From: Trichococcus sp.
Lineage (GTDB): Bacteria > Bacillota > Bacilli > Lactobacillales > Aerococcaceae
Length of the DNA stretch: 64,000 nt
NCBI RefSeq assembly: GCF_049589555.1
Contig: NZ_JBAWAZ010000013.1
Span: 187 to 64,186 of the forward strand
Direction: 5' to 3'
A program made the position numbers and the translations under genes. Under the pieces are notes generated by a model. The model did no database searches. It was not told the origin of the DNA and worked only from the letters and a program-made list of their open reading frames with translations. Below are positions 1-10,540 of the stretch, in pieces (the first letter of the stretch is position 1; the number at the start of each line of letters is the position of its first letter).

Positions 1-33
1 GAAATTTAAAGGCAAGACTATCTATGCCAGATC

Positions 34-72
34 AAAACCGCGAATCCCCCTGAAGGGTGTTTGCGGTTTTTG
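34..72 (+). terminator. Rho-independent terminator of the gene ending upstream of the window
   Basis: Hairpin AAAACCGCGAA (34-44) ... TTGCGGTTTTT (61-71) with inner CCCCC/GGG pairing, followed by a T-run. Confidence 0.5.
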
Positions 73-95
73 CTTGTGAAACGGAAGCGGAATGG

Positions 96-125
96 TTGAC
101 GCGTTGCATCCAATTGTGATAAAGT
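96..125 (+). promoter_or_regulatory. Putative sigmaA-type promoter of the zinc uptake operon
   Basis: TTGACG (96-101), 18-nt spacer, TGaTAAAGT extended -10 (TAAAGT 120-125); lies just upstream of the Zur-like box. Confidence 0.4.
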
Positions 126-138
126 GTCTATCGGGACT

Positions 139-161
139 TAAACAGTAATCATTACGTTTTG
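139..161. promoter_or_regulatory. Zur-type operator (Zur box)
   Basis: AAACAGTAATCATTACGTTTT with perfect core palindrome GTAATcATTAC (145-155). Resembles the Bacillus Zur consensus TCGTAATnATTACGA. Sits between the putative -10 and the RBS of a zinc ABC lipoprotein gene. Confidence 0.7.
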
Positions 162-176
162 GAGGAATAATAAATT

Positions 177-1124
177 ATGCTAAATAGATTGAAACTGACA
201 GGCATTCTGTCTGCAGCGGCCCTTGTTCTGGTTGGTTGCGGAACGAGCGGAAGCGATGAATCAGCCGTTTCTGAAGATGGGATAAAGGTTGTCACAACCT
301 TCTATCCGATGTATGACTTTGCGAAAAATGTGGTAGGCGATAATGGCGAAGTTTCCGTTTTGTTGGATGCCGGACAAGAATCGCATGGCTATGAGCCGAC
401 GCCACAGGATATCGCGGCGATCGCTGACGCTGATGTGTTCGTCTACAACAGCGATGAAATGGAAACGTGGGTACCCAGCGTGCTGGAATCCATTGAATCG
501 AGCGATGTGATCGTCGTTGAGGCTGCCGAGGATATCGCGCTTTTTGAGTTGGAAGAGGCTGCCGAAGAAGAACACAGTGATGAAGAAGGCGAAGATGCCC
601 ACAATGTCGATCCGCATGTCTGGTTGGATCCGGTGTATGCACAAGAGGAAGTCGCCGCCATTTTGGCCGGAGTCCTTGTGGCGGATGAAGCCAACAAAGA
701 GAGTTACGAAGCGAATGCAGCTGCCTTTAACGAAAAATTGGCGGAACTGGATGCAGCTTATCAGAGTGCCTTTGAGACTGCTGAAAACCGCACATTCGTC
801 GTCCAGCACGCAGCTTTCGGCTATATCGCCCGTCGCTACGAACTGACTGAAGTGGCGGTATCCGATGTGTCATCCGATGCGGAACCGAATCCTGCCAAAC
901 TGGCTGAACTGCAGCAATTTATGATCGATAATCAGATCACTACCGTTTATTACTCGGACAGCGCCTCTTCGAAAACCGCAGAAACGCTTGCCGAAGAAGC
1001 GGGGGCTACGCTGGAAGTGCTGAGTCCAATTGAAGGGATAACCGATGAAGACCAAGAAGCGGGCAAAGATTACCTGAGTGTGATGGAAGAAAATTTGACA
1101 GCTTTGAAAAAAGTGATCCAGTAA
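177..1124 (+). CDS. znuA: Zinc ABC transporter substrate-binding lipoprotein (ZnuA/AdcA, TroA-like cluster 9)
   Basis: Signal peptide with lipobox LVGC; acidic/His-rich loop EEEHSDEEGEDAHNVDPH typical of zinc SBPs; Zur box upstream; ATPase and permease genes follow. Confidence 0.9.
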   Translation: MLNRLKLTGILSAAALVLVGCGTSGSDESAVSEDGIKVVTTFYPMYDFAKNVVGDNGEVSVLLDAGQESHGYEPTPQDIAAIADADVFVYNSDEMETWVPSVLESIESSDVIVVEAAEDIALFELEEAAEEEHSDEEGEDAHNVDPHVWLDPVYAQEEVAAILAGVLVADEANKESYEANAAAFNEKLAELDAAYQSAFETAENRTFVVQHAAFGYIARRYELTEVAVSDVSSDAEPNPAKLAELQQFMIDNQITTVYYSDSASSKTAETLAEEAGATLEVLSPIEGITDEDQEAGKDYLSVMEENLTALKKVIQ

Positions 1125-1142
1125 GAGAAGAGAGGGATTCAA

Positions 1143-1850
1143 GTGGAATATATCGATGTACAGCATCTGTCGTTCTATTACGATGATGAACCTGTCCTGC
1201 AGGATATCACATTCCAAGTGCACGAAGGGGAATTCGTCATCCTTACAGGCGAAAACGGCGCGGCGAAATCCACTTTATTGAAGAGCATCCTGGGCCTGTT
1301 GAATCCCCGGGAGGGCAGCGCGACGATTTCGAAGGTGAACTATCGTGGGGAAAAGCTTACGATCGGTTATGCACCGCAGCAAATTTCGTCGTTCAATATC
1401 GGCTTTCCGAGCAGGGTACTTGAGTTTGTGGAGTCGGGCAGATACCAAAAAGGCAAATGGTTCAAAAAATTGGATGAAGAAGATAATACCCATGTAAAAA
1501 AAGCTTTGGAATCAGTGGGCATGTGGGAGATGCGCAACAAAAAAATCGGTGAACTATCCGGTGGCCAAAAACAACGCATCGCCTTGGCCCGCATTTTCGC
1601 AACCGATCCGGACTTGTTTGTGCTCGATGAGCCGACAACCGGAATGGACAAGGAATCGCGCGAGCGTTTCTATCGTTTGCTGAAACACAATTCACAAGTC
1701 CACAATAAAGCGATCATCATGGTGACACACGAGCATGAAGATATCAAAGAATTTATGGATACCCATATTCAGTTGGTCAGAAAGGAGGATTCGCCGTGGA
1801 GATGTTTCTCTATGGATTTATGCAAAGAGCCTTCCAAGCATCAACATTGA
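1143..1850 (+). CDS. znuC: Zinc ABC transporter ATP-binding protein
   Basis: Walker A GENGAAKST, ABC signature LSGGQKQR, Walker B LFVLDEPT; GTG start; operon position. Confidence 0.9.
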   Translation: MEYIDVQHLSFYYDDEPVLQDITFQVHEGEFVILTGENGAAKSTLLKSILGLLNPREGSATISKVNYRGEKLTIGYAPQQISSFNIGFPSRVLEFVESGRYQKGKWFKKLDEEDNTHVKKALESVGMWEMRNKKIGELSGGQKQRIALARIFATDPDLFVLDEPTTGMDKESRERFYRLLKHNSQVHNKAIIMVTHEHEDIKEFMDTHIQLVRKEDSPWRCFSMDLCKEPSKHQH

Positions 1851-2605
1851 TCGCAATCATGGCACCCATTTTGGGTCTGCTGCTGATTTTGCGCAGGCAA
1901 TCCTTGATGGCGGACACGCTGTCGCATGTTTCATTGGCCGGAGTTGCTTTAGGGATGCTTCTTAACATTAATCCGACGCTCACTACATTAGCCATCGTCA
2001 TTTTGGCAGCAATCGGAATCGAATATTTACGCGTCATCTTCAAAGGCTATTCGGAAATATCCATCGCGATTCTGATGGCTACGGGGATGGCGGTAGCATT
2101 GGTGCTGATGAGCTTCGTATCAGGGAAACAGAACGCAAGTGTCGAACAGTATTTGTTCGGATCGATCATCACCATAAATGACGAGCAGATCCTTATTTTA
2201 TTGGTTTTGGCAATCATTGTCGTGCTGTTGTATCTTGTTTTCCGTAAACCGTTGTATGTGTTGACGTTTGACGAAGACACAGCCCATACAGCGGGCTTGC
2301 CGGTCCGCATGATGTCGCTGTTGGTTTCGGTGATCACAGGAGTCGCCATCAGCGTGGTGATGCCGATTACCGGGTCATTGCTGGTTTCTTCAATCATGAT
2401 TCTGCCGGCAGCCATCTCGATGAGATTGGTGCATACCTTCAACGGCGTCATCCTGCTTGGGATAGGCATCGGTTTGACGGGAATGTACGGGGGATTGTTC
2501 GCATCCTATCAGTACGGGACGCCTCCCGGTGCCACAATCACCTTGGTTTTCGTGGCCATGTTCATTTTGACCAGCATCTATAAGGTCATCACCGAAAAGA
2601 AGTAG
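1796..2605 (+). CDS. znuB: Zinc ABC transporter permease (ABC-3 family)
   Basis: Polytopic hydrophobic 269-aa protein; GTG start 7 nt after AGGAGG; overlaps the znuC 3' end. Confidence 0.88.
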   Translation: MEMFLYGFMQRAFQASTLIAIMAPILGLLLILRRQSLMADTLSHVSLAGVALGMLLNINPTLTTLAIVILAAIGIEYLRVIFKGYSEISIAILMATGMAVALVLMSFVSGKQNASVEQYLFGSIITINDEQILILLVLAIIVVLLYLVFRKPLYVLTFDEDTAHTAGLPVRMMSLLVSVITGVAISVVMPITGSLLVSSIMILPAAISMRLVHTFNGVILLGIGIGLTGMYGGLFASYQYGTPPGATITLVFVAMFILTSIYKVITEKK

Positions 2606-2627
2606 AATCTTAACAATAAGATATATG

Positions 2628-2659
2628 GACAAGAGCAGAACATTGCTCTTGTTTTTTTT
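2628..2659 (+). terminator. Rho-independent terminator after znuB
   Basis: GACAAGAGCA-gaacat-TGCTCTTGT stem-loop followed by T8. Confidence 0.8.
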
Positions 2660-2763
2660 GCTGAAATTCGATTAAAAACGAACAATCAACAATTAAAAGC
2701 TTCCATTTTTCAGGAATCAACTATATAATAGGGAAAAGAACGCAATATGAGGAGAGATTTGGA

Positions 2764-3591
2764 TTGAAAATAAAGCGCAGTGAACGGTTAGTCGATATGA
2801 CCCGTTACTTATTAGAGAGACCGCATCGGTTGATTTCATTGACCTATTTCGCTAAACGTTATGAATCAGCGAAATCATCCATCAGTGAAGACTTATCCAT
2901 CATCAAAAAAACATTTGAAGATCGGGGAACTGGGATTGTCGAAACGCTGCCGGGTGCAGCAGGCGGCGTCAAATATATTCCGACAATCACCAAAGAAAAT
3001 GCCCGCGATATTATAGAAGAAATGTGCGAAATCATGAACAGTAAAGATCGTTTGCTGCCAGGTGGATACGTTTATCTTTCCGACATGTTGGGCAATCCGG
3101 AAATCCTGCAGAAAATCGGGCGTGTCATCGCAGCTCAATACGTCGACAAAAAAGTCGATGCAGTCATGACGGTCGCCACTAAAGGGGTTCCGATCGCGCA
3201 AGCAGTTGCCACTTATCTGAATGTGCCGTTTGTCATCGTTCGCCGTGATTCGAAAATTACCGAAGGCTCCACAGTGAGCATCAATTACGTTTCAGGTTCA
3301 TCCGATCGTGTTGAAAAAATGGAGCTATCCAAGCGCAGTTTGCCGCGCGGTTCAAAAGTTCTCATCGTCGATGATTTCCTGAAAGGCGGCGGCACCATCA
3401 ACGGTATGCGCAGCATGATTTCCGAATTCGAATCGGAGACAGTCGGCGTAACCGTCTTCGCTGAAGCTGGCTACAATTCCAAGCGTGAAGTATTCGATTA
3501 TACGTCACTGATCCGCGTAAACAATATCGATCTGAAAGATCATTCCATCAGCGTGGGCTTGGGCAATTATTTCGATTCAAGCACCGATTGA
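2764..3591 (+). CDS. purR: Purine operon repressor PurR
   Basis: N-terminus MKIKRSERLVDMTRYLLERP (PurR winged helix) plus PRT-type domain with PRPP loop VLIVDDFLKGGGT; TTG start. Confidence 0.92.
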   Translation: MKIKRSERLVDMTRYLLERPHRLISLTYFAKRYESAKSSISEDLSIIKKTFEDRGTGIVETLPGAAGGVKYIPTITKENARDIIEEMCEIMNSKDRLLPGGYVYLSDMLGNPEILQKIGRVIAAQYVDKKVDAVMTVATKGVPIAQAVATYLNVPFVIVRRDSKITEGSTVSINYVSGSSDRVEKMELSKRSLPRGSKVLIVDDFLKGGGTINGMRSMISEFESETVGVTVFAEAGYNSKREVFDYTSLIRVNNIDLKDHSISVGLGNYFDSSTD

Positions 3592-3603
3592 GAATAATCA
3601 TTA

Positions 3604-3643
3604 AAAAAGAGCTGGACCTTAAAATTAAGGGCCGGCTCTTTGG
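3604..3643. terminator. Hairpin terminator shared by convergent purR and cupin genes
   Basis: AAGAGCTGGACC-ttaaaattaa-GGGCCGGCTCTT imperfect hairpin, A-run on the left and T-rich on the right. Confidence 0.6.
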
Positions 3644-3691
3644 TGTATGTTGGGAATTGGAATTTGGATTCGCCAAGCGTAATTGGAGAAT

Positions 3692-4225
3692 TCACACGTG
3701 ATCTTTCCTGAAGGAAGCCTCCGGTAGTTTTTTGTAGGCCAATTTTTCCAAAATGCTTCCGTAATCGGGATAGACTTTGATTAGCGCATCATAAGGCAGC
3801 AATTCAAAATCACGGTAATCGAATCCTGGGGAAACCATGCAACTTACGAGAGCATAGTCTCCAGATGATCCTTCGACGCTGCTTCCAAAGATGACCCCTT
3901 TCGGAACCGTAAATTGGAAAAGTTCCCCTTTTTCGGGATGGCGCCCCATCTTGACTGCCTCGTAACAGCCGTCGGGATACAACAGATGGATCGTCAAGGT
4001 GCTGCCCTCATGAAAATACCAAGCCTCATCGGATTTCAAGCGGTGAAAATGGGAAGGGTTGTCTGCAGTCAACAAGAAGAGGATATTGCTGTAGAGATAG
4101 CGTTCCCTCCGGTCCTCGGTAACGATCAGTTCGGGAGAATGGCCTGTTTCGCGAAAATAGCCGCCTTCCGCATGTGGCTGAAGCAACAGTTCGTGAATCC
4201 AAAATGATGCAGTCGGTTTTGTCAT
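3692..4225 (-). CDS. Cupin-fold protein (DUF985/cupin_5 family)
   Basis: Motif LQPHAEGGYFRETG and beta-rich remainder. Start moved from the ORF-track 4357 to the in-frame ATG 4225, which is preceded by AAAGGA. Confidence 0.75.
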   Translation of the reverse strand: MTKPTASFWIHELLLQPHAEGGYFRETGHSPELIVTEDRRERYLYSNILFLLTADNPSHFHRLKSDEAWYFHEGSTLTIHLLYPDGCYEAVKMGRHPEKGELFQFTVPKGVIFGSSVEGSSGDYALVSCMVSPGFDYRDFELLPYDALIKVYPDYGSILEKLAYKKLPEASFRKDHV

Positions 4226-4361
4226 TGGGATCAATCCTTTCGGTGTGTCTTCCTGCCTACTAGTATATCCAAAAAACCGGTTAATAAGAAACAATGTATC
4301 CGCATTCTTCGTATTTCCATTAGAAAATGAAAAGAAGTCTGAATTTATGTACGACATTATA

Positions 4362-4390
4362 TTGAAAAAAGCAAGTTTTTAGGCTAAGAT
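4362..4390 (+). promoter_or_regulatory. sigmaA-type promoter of glmU-prs
   Basis: TTGAAA (4362-4367), 17-nt spacer, TAAGAT (4385-4390). Confidence 0.55.
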
Positions 4391-4431
4391 AATTTAGTTG
4401 AAGGAATAAAATGAAAAGATAGGAGTTGCTT

Positions 4432-5808
4432 ATGGCTAATCGTTTTGCAATCATACTTGCTGCTGGTCAAGGAACGCGCATGAAAAGTAAGCTTTATAAA
4501 GTACTGCATGCAGTTTGCGGAAAACCAATGGTAGAGCACGTCGTGGATCAAGTAGAGGCTGCTGGCATTGAAAAGGTAGTGACAATTGTAGGGCACGGTG
4601 CGGATACTGTTAAAGGATGCTTGGGGGATCGTTCGGAATATGTATTGCAGGCGCAACAATTGGGAACAGGGCACGCTGTCCTGCAAGCGCAAGCTGTGCT
4701 GGAGAACGAAGAGGGCACTACGTTGGTCATCTGCGGAGATACACCGCTCCTGACTGCAGAGACGTTGGAATCCTTATTGCAATACCATGAAGAGAAAAAA
4801 GCGAAAGCAACTATCCTGACTGCGCATGCTGCTGATCCGAACGGCTATGGCCGCATCATCAGAAATGCGTCAGATAACGTAGAAAAAATTGTGGAACAAA
4901 AAGACGCTTCTCCGGAAGAAGTGCTTGTGCAGGAAATCAATACCGGAACGTATGCGTTCGATAACAAGTTTTTGTTTGCCGCGCTGCAATCAGTAGGCAA
5001 CAACAATGCGCAGGGCGAGTATTACCTGCCGGATGTCATCGAAATCCTGAAGAACCAAGGCGAAATCGTGACAGCTTACCAGATGAGCGACATGGGCGAA
5101 GCTTTGGGCGTGAACGATCGTGTGGCGTTGGCTGAAGCCTCCGTCTACATGAAGAGACGCATCAATGAAAAACATATGCGCAATGGCGTTACTTTGATCG
5201 ACCCGGATAATACCTATATCGAGGCGGATGTGATCATCGGAAGTGACACAGTCATTGAACCGAACGTATTCCTGAAAGGGAAAACAGTCATCGGGGAAGA
5301 TTGTTTCATCGGATCAGGCTCAGAACTGAGCAACACAACGATCGGTGACCGTGTCCAAATCAGAAGTTCAAATCTGGAGGACTCCGTGATGGAATCGGAC
5401 AGCAACATCGGTCCGTTCAGCCACTTGAGACCGAACAGCCACATCGGAAAACGCGTCCACATCGGAAATTTTGTGGAAGTGAAGAATGCGGTATTGAACG
5501 AAGACACAAAAGTCGGACATCTGACTTATGTGGGAGACGCGGATCTCGGTAAAAATATCAACGTCGGTTGCGGCACTGTCTTCGTGAATTATGACGGCAA
5601 GCACAAACACCGTTCCAGCATCGGTGACAATACATTCATCGGTTGCAACGTGAACATTGTGGCGCCTGTCAACGTCGAGGCCAACACATTCCTAGCTGCA
5701 GGTTCGACCATCACAAAAGATGTGCCTGAAGGCGCGATGGGCATCGCCCGCAGCCGCCAGGAGAACAAACCAGGCTATTGGGAAAAATTGCCGCCAGCTA
5801 AAAAATAA
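4432..5808 (+). CDS. glmU: Bifunctional UDP-N-acetylglucosamine pyrophosphorylase / glucosamine-1-phosphate N-acetyltransferase
   Basis: [11 protein letters not shown] nucleotidyltransferase motif; C-terminal hexapeptide-repeat (left-handed beta-helix) region; ATG 4432 lies 7 nt after AGGAG. Confidence 0.95.
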   Translation: MANRFAIILAAGQGTRMKSKLYKVLHAVCGKPMVEHVVDQVEAAGIEKVVTIVGHGADTVKGCLGDRSEYVLQAQQLGTGHAVLQAQAVLENEEGTTLVICGDTPLLTAETLESLLQYHEEKKAKATILTAHAADPNGYGRIIRNASDNVEKIVEQKDASPEEVLVQEINTGTYAFDNKFLFAALQSVGNNNAQGEYYLPDVIEILKNQGEIVTAYQMSDMGEALGVNDRVALAEASVYMKRRINEKHMRNGVTLIDPDNTYIEADVIIGSDTVIEPNVFLKGKTVIGEDCFIGSGSELSNTTIGDRVQIRSSNLEDSVMESDSNIGPFSHLRPNSHIGKRVHIGNFVEVKNAVLNEDTKVGHLTYVGDADLGKNINVGCGTVFVNYDGKHKHRSSIGDNTFIGCNVNIVAPVNVEANTFLAAGSTITKDVPEGAMGIARSRQENKPGYWEKLPPAKK

Positions 5809-5905
5809 AAGCAAAACCTTATACATGTATGGTAGAATGATTTTGAAAATACAATATCAGTATGTGTTTAATTTGGTAAAAACAAAAGATTAACGGAGGA
5901 TTATC

Positions 5906-6886
5906 ATGACAGAACATTACAAAGATCCAAAACTTAAGATTTTTTCCTTAAGTTCAAATCGCCCTTTGGCTGAGAAAATTGCGGCTGACGTTGGTGTCGA
6001 GTTAGGAACCCTTTCTTCATCCCAATTCAGCGATGGTGAAATCAAAATCAACATCGACGAAAGTATCCGCGGTTGCCACGTTTACGTCATCCAATCGACA
6101 AGCTCTCCGGTAAACGACCACTTGATGGAACTTTTGATCATGATCGATGCTTTGAAGCGCGCAAGTGCCAAAACAATCAACATCGTGTTGCCTTATTATG
6201 GCTATGCACGCCAAGACCGCAAAGCGCAATCACGTGAACCGATCACAGCGAAATTGGTGGCGAACATGATCACCAATGCTGGCGCTGACAGATTGTTGAC
6301 ACTTGATATGCATGCTCCTCAAATCCAAGGTTTCTTCGATATCCCGGTTGATCATTTGTTGGGAGCTCCGTTGTTGGCAAGCTACTTCTTGGATCATGAA
6401 GTCTTGCATGATGACGTAGTCGTTGTTTCGCCTGATCACGGTGGCGTGACAAGAGCCCGCAAACTGGCTGAATTCATCAAAGCGCCGATTGCCATCATCG
6501 ACAAGAGAAGACCGAAAGCGAATGTTGCTGAAGTCATGAACATCATCGGTAATGTCGAAGGCAAAAAATGTATCCTGATCGACGACATGATCGATACTGC
6601 CGGAACAATCACATTGGCTGCCCAAGCACTGCAGGATGCAGGCGCGTTGGATGTCTATGCTTGCTGCACACATGCTGTATTGTCAGGTCCAGCCATAGAC
6701 CGCATCAACAATTCCGTAATCAAAGAATTGATCGTTACTGATTCGATCAATATCCCTGCTGACAAAGTCAGCGATAAGATCGTACTGGTTTCCGTGTCAC
6801 AATTGATCGCTGAAGCAATCAAACGTATCCACGAAAACCGCTCAGTAAGCCCGTTGTTCCAAGAAAAATTCGTAATCATCGACTAA
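5906..6886 (+). CDS. prs: Ribose-phosphate pyrophosphokinase
   Basis: Full-length PRPP synthetase: YARQDRK, DMHA, PRPP loop [13 protein letters not shown]; glmU-prs synteny as in Bacillus. Confidence 0.96.
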   Translation: MTEHYKDPKLKIFSLSSNRPLAEKIAADVGVELGTLSSSQFSDGEIKINIDESIRGCHVYVIQSTSSPVNDHLMELLIMIDALKRASAKTINIVLPYYGYARQDRKAQSREPITAKLVANMITNAGADRLLTLDMHAPQIQGFFDIPVDHLLGAPLLASYFLDHEVLHDDVVVVSPDHGGVTRARKLAEFIKAPIAIIDKRRPKANVAEVMNIIGNVEGKKCILIDDMIDTAGTITLAAQALQDAGALDVYACCTHAVLSGPAIDRINNSVIKELIVTDSINIPADKVSDKIVLVSVSQLIAEAIKRIHENRSVSPLFQEKFVIID

Positions 6887-6906
6887 GAATCCGTTAAACC
6901 AAAAAA

Positions 6907-6931
6907 AGTCCTCCCTTGGGAGGGCTTTTTT
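6907..6931 (+). terminator. Rho-independent terminator after prs
   Basis: AGTCCTCCC-tt-GGGAGGGCT hairpin followed by T6. Confidence 0.85.
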
Positions 6932-6977
6932 GTGGGCTGTGGAGACATGAATCGGCCTGATATGGCCTGGTACGGCC

Positions 6978-7119
6978 GGAAAAGATGAATAACTCAAAAG
7001 AATTCATGTTTTCCAGCCTAATTTGGCCGAAAAAGATGAATAACTCGAAAGAATTCATGTTTTCGAGCCCGAATCAGGACAAAAACATGAATAATTCAAA
7101 AGAATCCATGTTTTCGGGC
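6978..7119 (+). repeat. Left copy of a three-unit palindromic repeat module (units ~40 bp, period ~51 bp)
   Basis: Units at about 6978-7018, 7029-7070 and 7081-7119. Each is GAAAAGATGAAT-N11-ATTCATGTTTTC. Collinear with the copy at 8318-8461. Confidence 0.9.
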
Positions 7120-7279
7120 ATAGGCAGGGCCGTAGCCCTGCGACAACAGATAGAATTTATGTCCCGGGTAGCACAAGTTCCAAAAGCGAACAAAATAAGA
7201 CGCGCAAATGATCGGGCGGTTACCCGTTTATTTGCACGTCGCTTTATTACAGATCCTTCACGAATCAGGGTAATATTCA

Positions 7280-8125
7280 TCAAATGAAGTATCGCCCGCG
7301 GTTTTTCCCCAGCGCTTGAAATTCTGATTTAAGTATATTGCTTATGCGATTTTGATCGCCGATACCACACCAGTCTGTGATACGGCTGGTTGTAATTTTA
7401 TCATCCGGGAACAAGATGCGGAAGTCGGATATGCCGGTTCTGATTGCTTCGTTTATGTTTATTTTCTTTCCGCATTCATCGCAAATCTGATGTTGTCCTC
7501 TAAATGTATCCTTTAGCGTTCCGCAAGCTGGACAGGGTACACCTTTTTTCATGTTCTCGTAGTGGTATTCTGGTAACTTGAAAGAATAATTGGGATCGTG
7601 AAGAGCTACGAGTGAATCTGCAAGTCTATATTGTTCGGCAGTTATCCCAGTGGTTTTGGGCATATTCCGGAAATGCCCGGGAATTTGACTGGGAAGGATA
7701 TAGCTGGTTTCATTTGGAGCGCCAACCAAGGTGAATTCGGGATTTACGAAAATGACATAAGCTTCCACTCTCGTCTGAAGTCCCATCTCCGACAGCAGGA
7801 ATTCCAATCGCACTTTCGTTCTCTGCAGTTGCATGGATGGATTCTCCAATAAAAACCCGGATGATTTTATGAAAGACCCTTCTCCCCACTGATGCATACC
7901 TTCATAATTCTTGATTTCGTAGATTTTGATCATATCTGAGAAAATCAAGAGCGCATCAATCTGGAAAGGGGATTCCCTGACTTCCAACTGAAGATCGTTC
8001 AAGACAATGCAATTTTCACTGAGGGGCTCGGTGAGTACATCAAGTCCGCCTTCACCCCCGAATCCCTTCTTTCGATTGATGAACCGGTAATGATCGGTTT
8101 TCCCAAGATGGGTGCGCGTGTGCAA
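7280..8125 (-). CDS. NERD (nuclease-related domain) protein with C-terminal zinc ribbon
   Basis: GFGGEGGLD ... QIDALLIFSDMIKIYEIKNYEG core typical of NERD; CPACG...CDECG zinc ribbon. Coordinates follow the ORF track (TTG 8125). The true start is probably the in-frame ATC at 8176 (see findings). Confidence 0.8.
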   Translation of the reverse strand: MHTRTHLGKTDHYRFINRKKGFGGEGGLDVLTEPLSENCIVLNDLQLEVRESPFQIDALLIFSDMIKIYEIKNYEGMHQWGEGSFIKSSGFLLENPSMQLQRTKVRLEFLLSEMGLQTRVEAYVIFVNPEFTLVGAPNETSYILPSQIPGHFRNMPKTTGITAEQYRLADSLVALHDPNYSFKLPEYHYENMKKGVPCPACGTLKDTFRGQHQICDECGKKININEAIRTGISDFRILFPDDKITTSRITDWCGIGDQNRISNILKSEFQALGKNRGRYFI

Positions 8126-8317
8126 TATCTCGTAGATGCGCAGAATCTTTGGTTTCGTTCGTTCTTTGTATGCGATAGGAATCCCTCCTGATATAAGTAG
8201 TCAAATATAGTATACGCGGATCCCTGTACATGCCTTTCGTAGAGAATATCAGGTGCTGTCGCTTGATTGGTGATGGGGAGTAATCCATGCCTGCGAGTAC
8301 GTTTGTCATCTGTGACC

Positions 8318-8461
8318 TGAAAAGATGAATAACTCAAAAGAATTCATGTTTTTGAGTCCACATCAGGGAGAAAAGATGAATAAGTCAAAAGAATTCATGT
8401 TTCCGAGCCCAAATCAGGACAAAAAGATGAATAACTCGAAAGAATCCATGTTTTCGAGCCC
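8318..8461 (+). repeat. Right copy of the three-unit palindromic repeat module
   Basis: Units at about 8318-8359, 8370-8410 and 8421-8461. Same order and variants as the left copy, including the GAATCCATG variant in unit 3 and the spacer AATCAGGAC before it. Confidence 0.9.
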
Positions 8462-8544
8462 CCGGGCCCCCACGAGACCCTGCACAACATCAACACCAAG
8501 CCCTCAACACCAAACCCCACATCGCCGAAACCCGCAACAAACCA

Positions 8545-8586
8545 AAACAAAAAAACACCCGCCGTCCCTAAAGGGACTGGCGGGTG
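8545..8586 (-). terminator. Rho-independent terminator of ldh
   Basis: CACCCGCCGTCCC-taa-AGGGACTGGCGGGTG hairpin. The A-run on the plus strand becomes a T-run on the minus strand, 18 nt after the ldh stop. Confidence 0.85.
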
Positions 8587-8603
8587 TTTGAGATCGGATA
8601 CGA

Positions 8604-9635
<1,032 letters not shown>

Positions 9636-9970
9636 TTACTCTTTGGGCCTATCCCGCTCGGCAAAGATTTTCAGAACCAGCGATGATTGCGCGAATGTGA
9701 TAGACAGTGAACAACCTGTGAAATATTATATAAAGATATTATAAAATAAAACACTGCTGTTTTCAATGGGGAGTTGCGATTTTGTTCACAATATTTTTTT
9801 TGCGGGTCCCAATCCGATTTCTTACGATTCTCCGATGATTGTGGTATACTGTTCGAAAGCAAACTGTGCGGATGATATCCGTGCGGCCTTTTTTGGCGTA
9901 AAAGAGCAGAAAAGCACACGCTTGCTCTCTTGCAAACATAACTATGACTGGAAACAATAGGGGAATATAA

Positions 9971-10540
9971 ATGAAAATGATCGTTGGATTGGGGAACCCA
10001 GGTCCTAAGTATACCGACACGAAGCACAATGTCGGCTTTATTGCTTTGGATGAATGGGCTTTTCAGAATAAAGAGAAATACAATAAAAATAAATTTGAAG
10101 CCTTGTACATAGAAACGACCGTAAACGGTGAAAAAGTTTTATTCGTCAAACCGTTGACTTTCATGAATGATTCCGGAAGAGCGGTAAGACCGTTGATGGA
10201 CTACTACAGCATTCCGATCGAAGATCTGGTTGTCGTGTACGATGATATGGATATGCCGGTAGGCAAAATTAGACTTCGCCAAAAAGGTGGAGCTGGCGGA
10301 CATAATGGCATCAAAAGTTTGATCCAGCACTTAGGGACACAGGATTTCAATCGGATCCGCATCGGAGTAGGACGGCCCCAACATAATATGACTGTCATTC
10401 AGCACGTGTTGAGTCCTTTTCCGAAGGACGAGCACGCCGAAATGTTGCACTCAGTACGGGATAGTGTCGAGGCGATCGACCATTTCATCAAAGGGAACAA
10501 TTTTTTGGAGACAATGAATCAATTCAATAAAAAAGGTTAG
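9971..10540 (+). CDS. pth: Peptidyl-tRNA hydrolase
   Basis: MKMIVGLGNPGPKYTDTKHNVGF and GGHNGIKS motifs; pth-mfd synteny. Confidence 0.95.
   Translation: MKMIVGLGNPGPKYTDTKHNVGFIALDEWAFQNKEKYNKNKFEALYIETTVNGEKVLFVKPLTFMNDSGRAVRPLMDYYSIPIEDLVVVYDDMDMPVGKIRLRQKGGAGGHNGIKSLIQHLGTQDFNRIRIGVGRPQHNMTVIQHVLSPFPKDEHAEMLHSVRDSVEAIDHFIKGNNFLETMNQFNKKG

Noticed and set aside
6985-7287. 100-aa ORF (and its twin 8325-8591) with the reiterated peptide MNNSKEFMFSS
   Set aside because: The reiterated peptide is simply the translation of the DNA repeat units. There is no RBS, and the tail runs into a compositionally skewed or antisense sequence. Treated as non-coding. This includes the basic 42-aa sub-ORF starting at ATG 7159, which lacks an SD.
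6978-8461. The two repeat clusters could be CRISPR arrays
   Set aside because: Spacers between units are only ~10-11 nt and partly conserved between the two clusters. Units are degenerate palindromes. There are only three units per cluster and no cas genes are nearby. I interpret them as a duplicated hairpin module instead.
9671-10029. ORFs of 118, 88 and 64 aa in the ldh-pth intergenic region; also looked for Rex and cre boxes for ldh
   Set aside because: The ORFs overlap each other in different frames without RBS or recognisable domains. Sequences such as TGTGATAGACAGTGAAC only loosely resemble Rex/cre consensus, so no operator is claimed.
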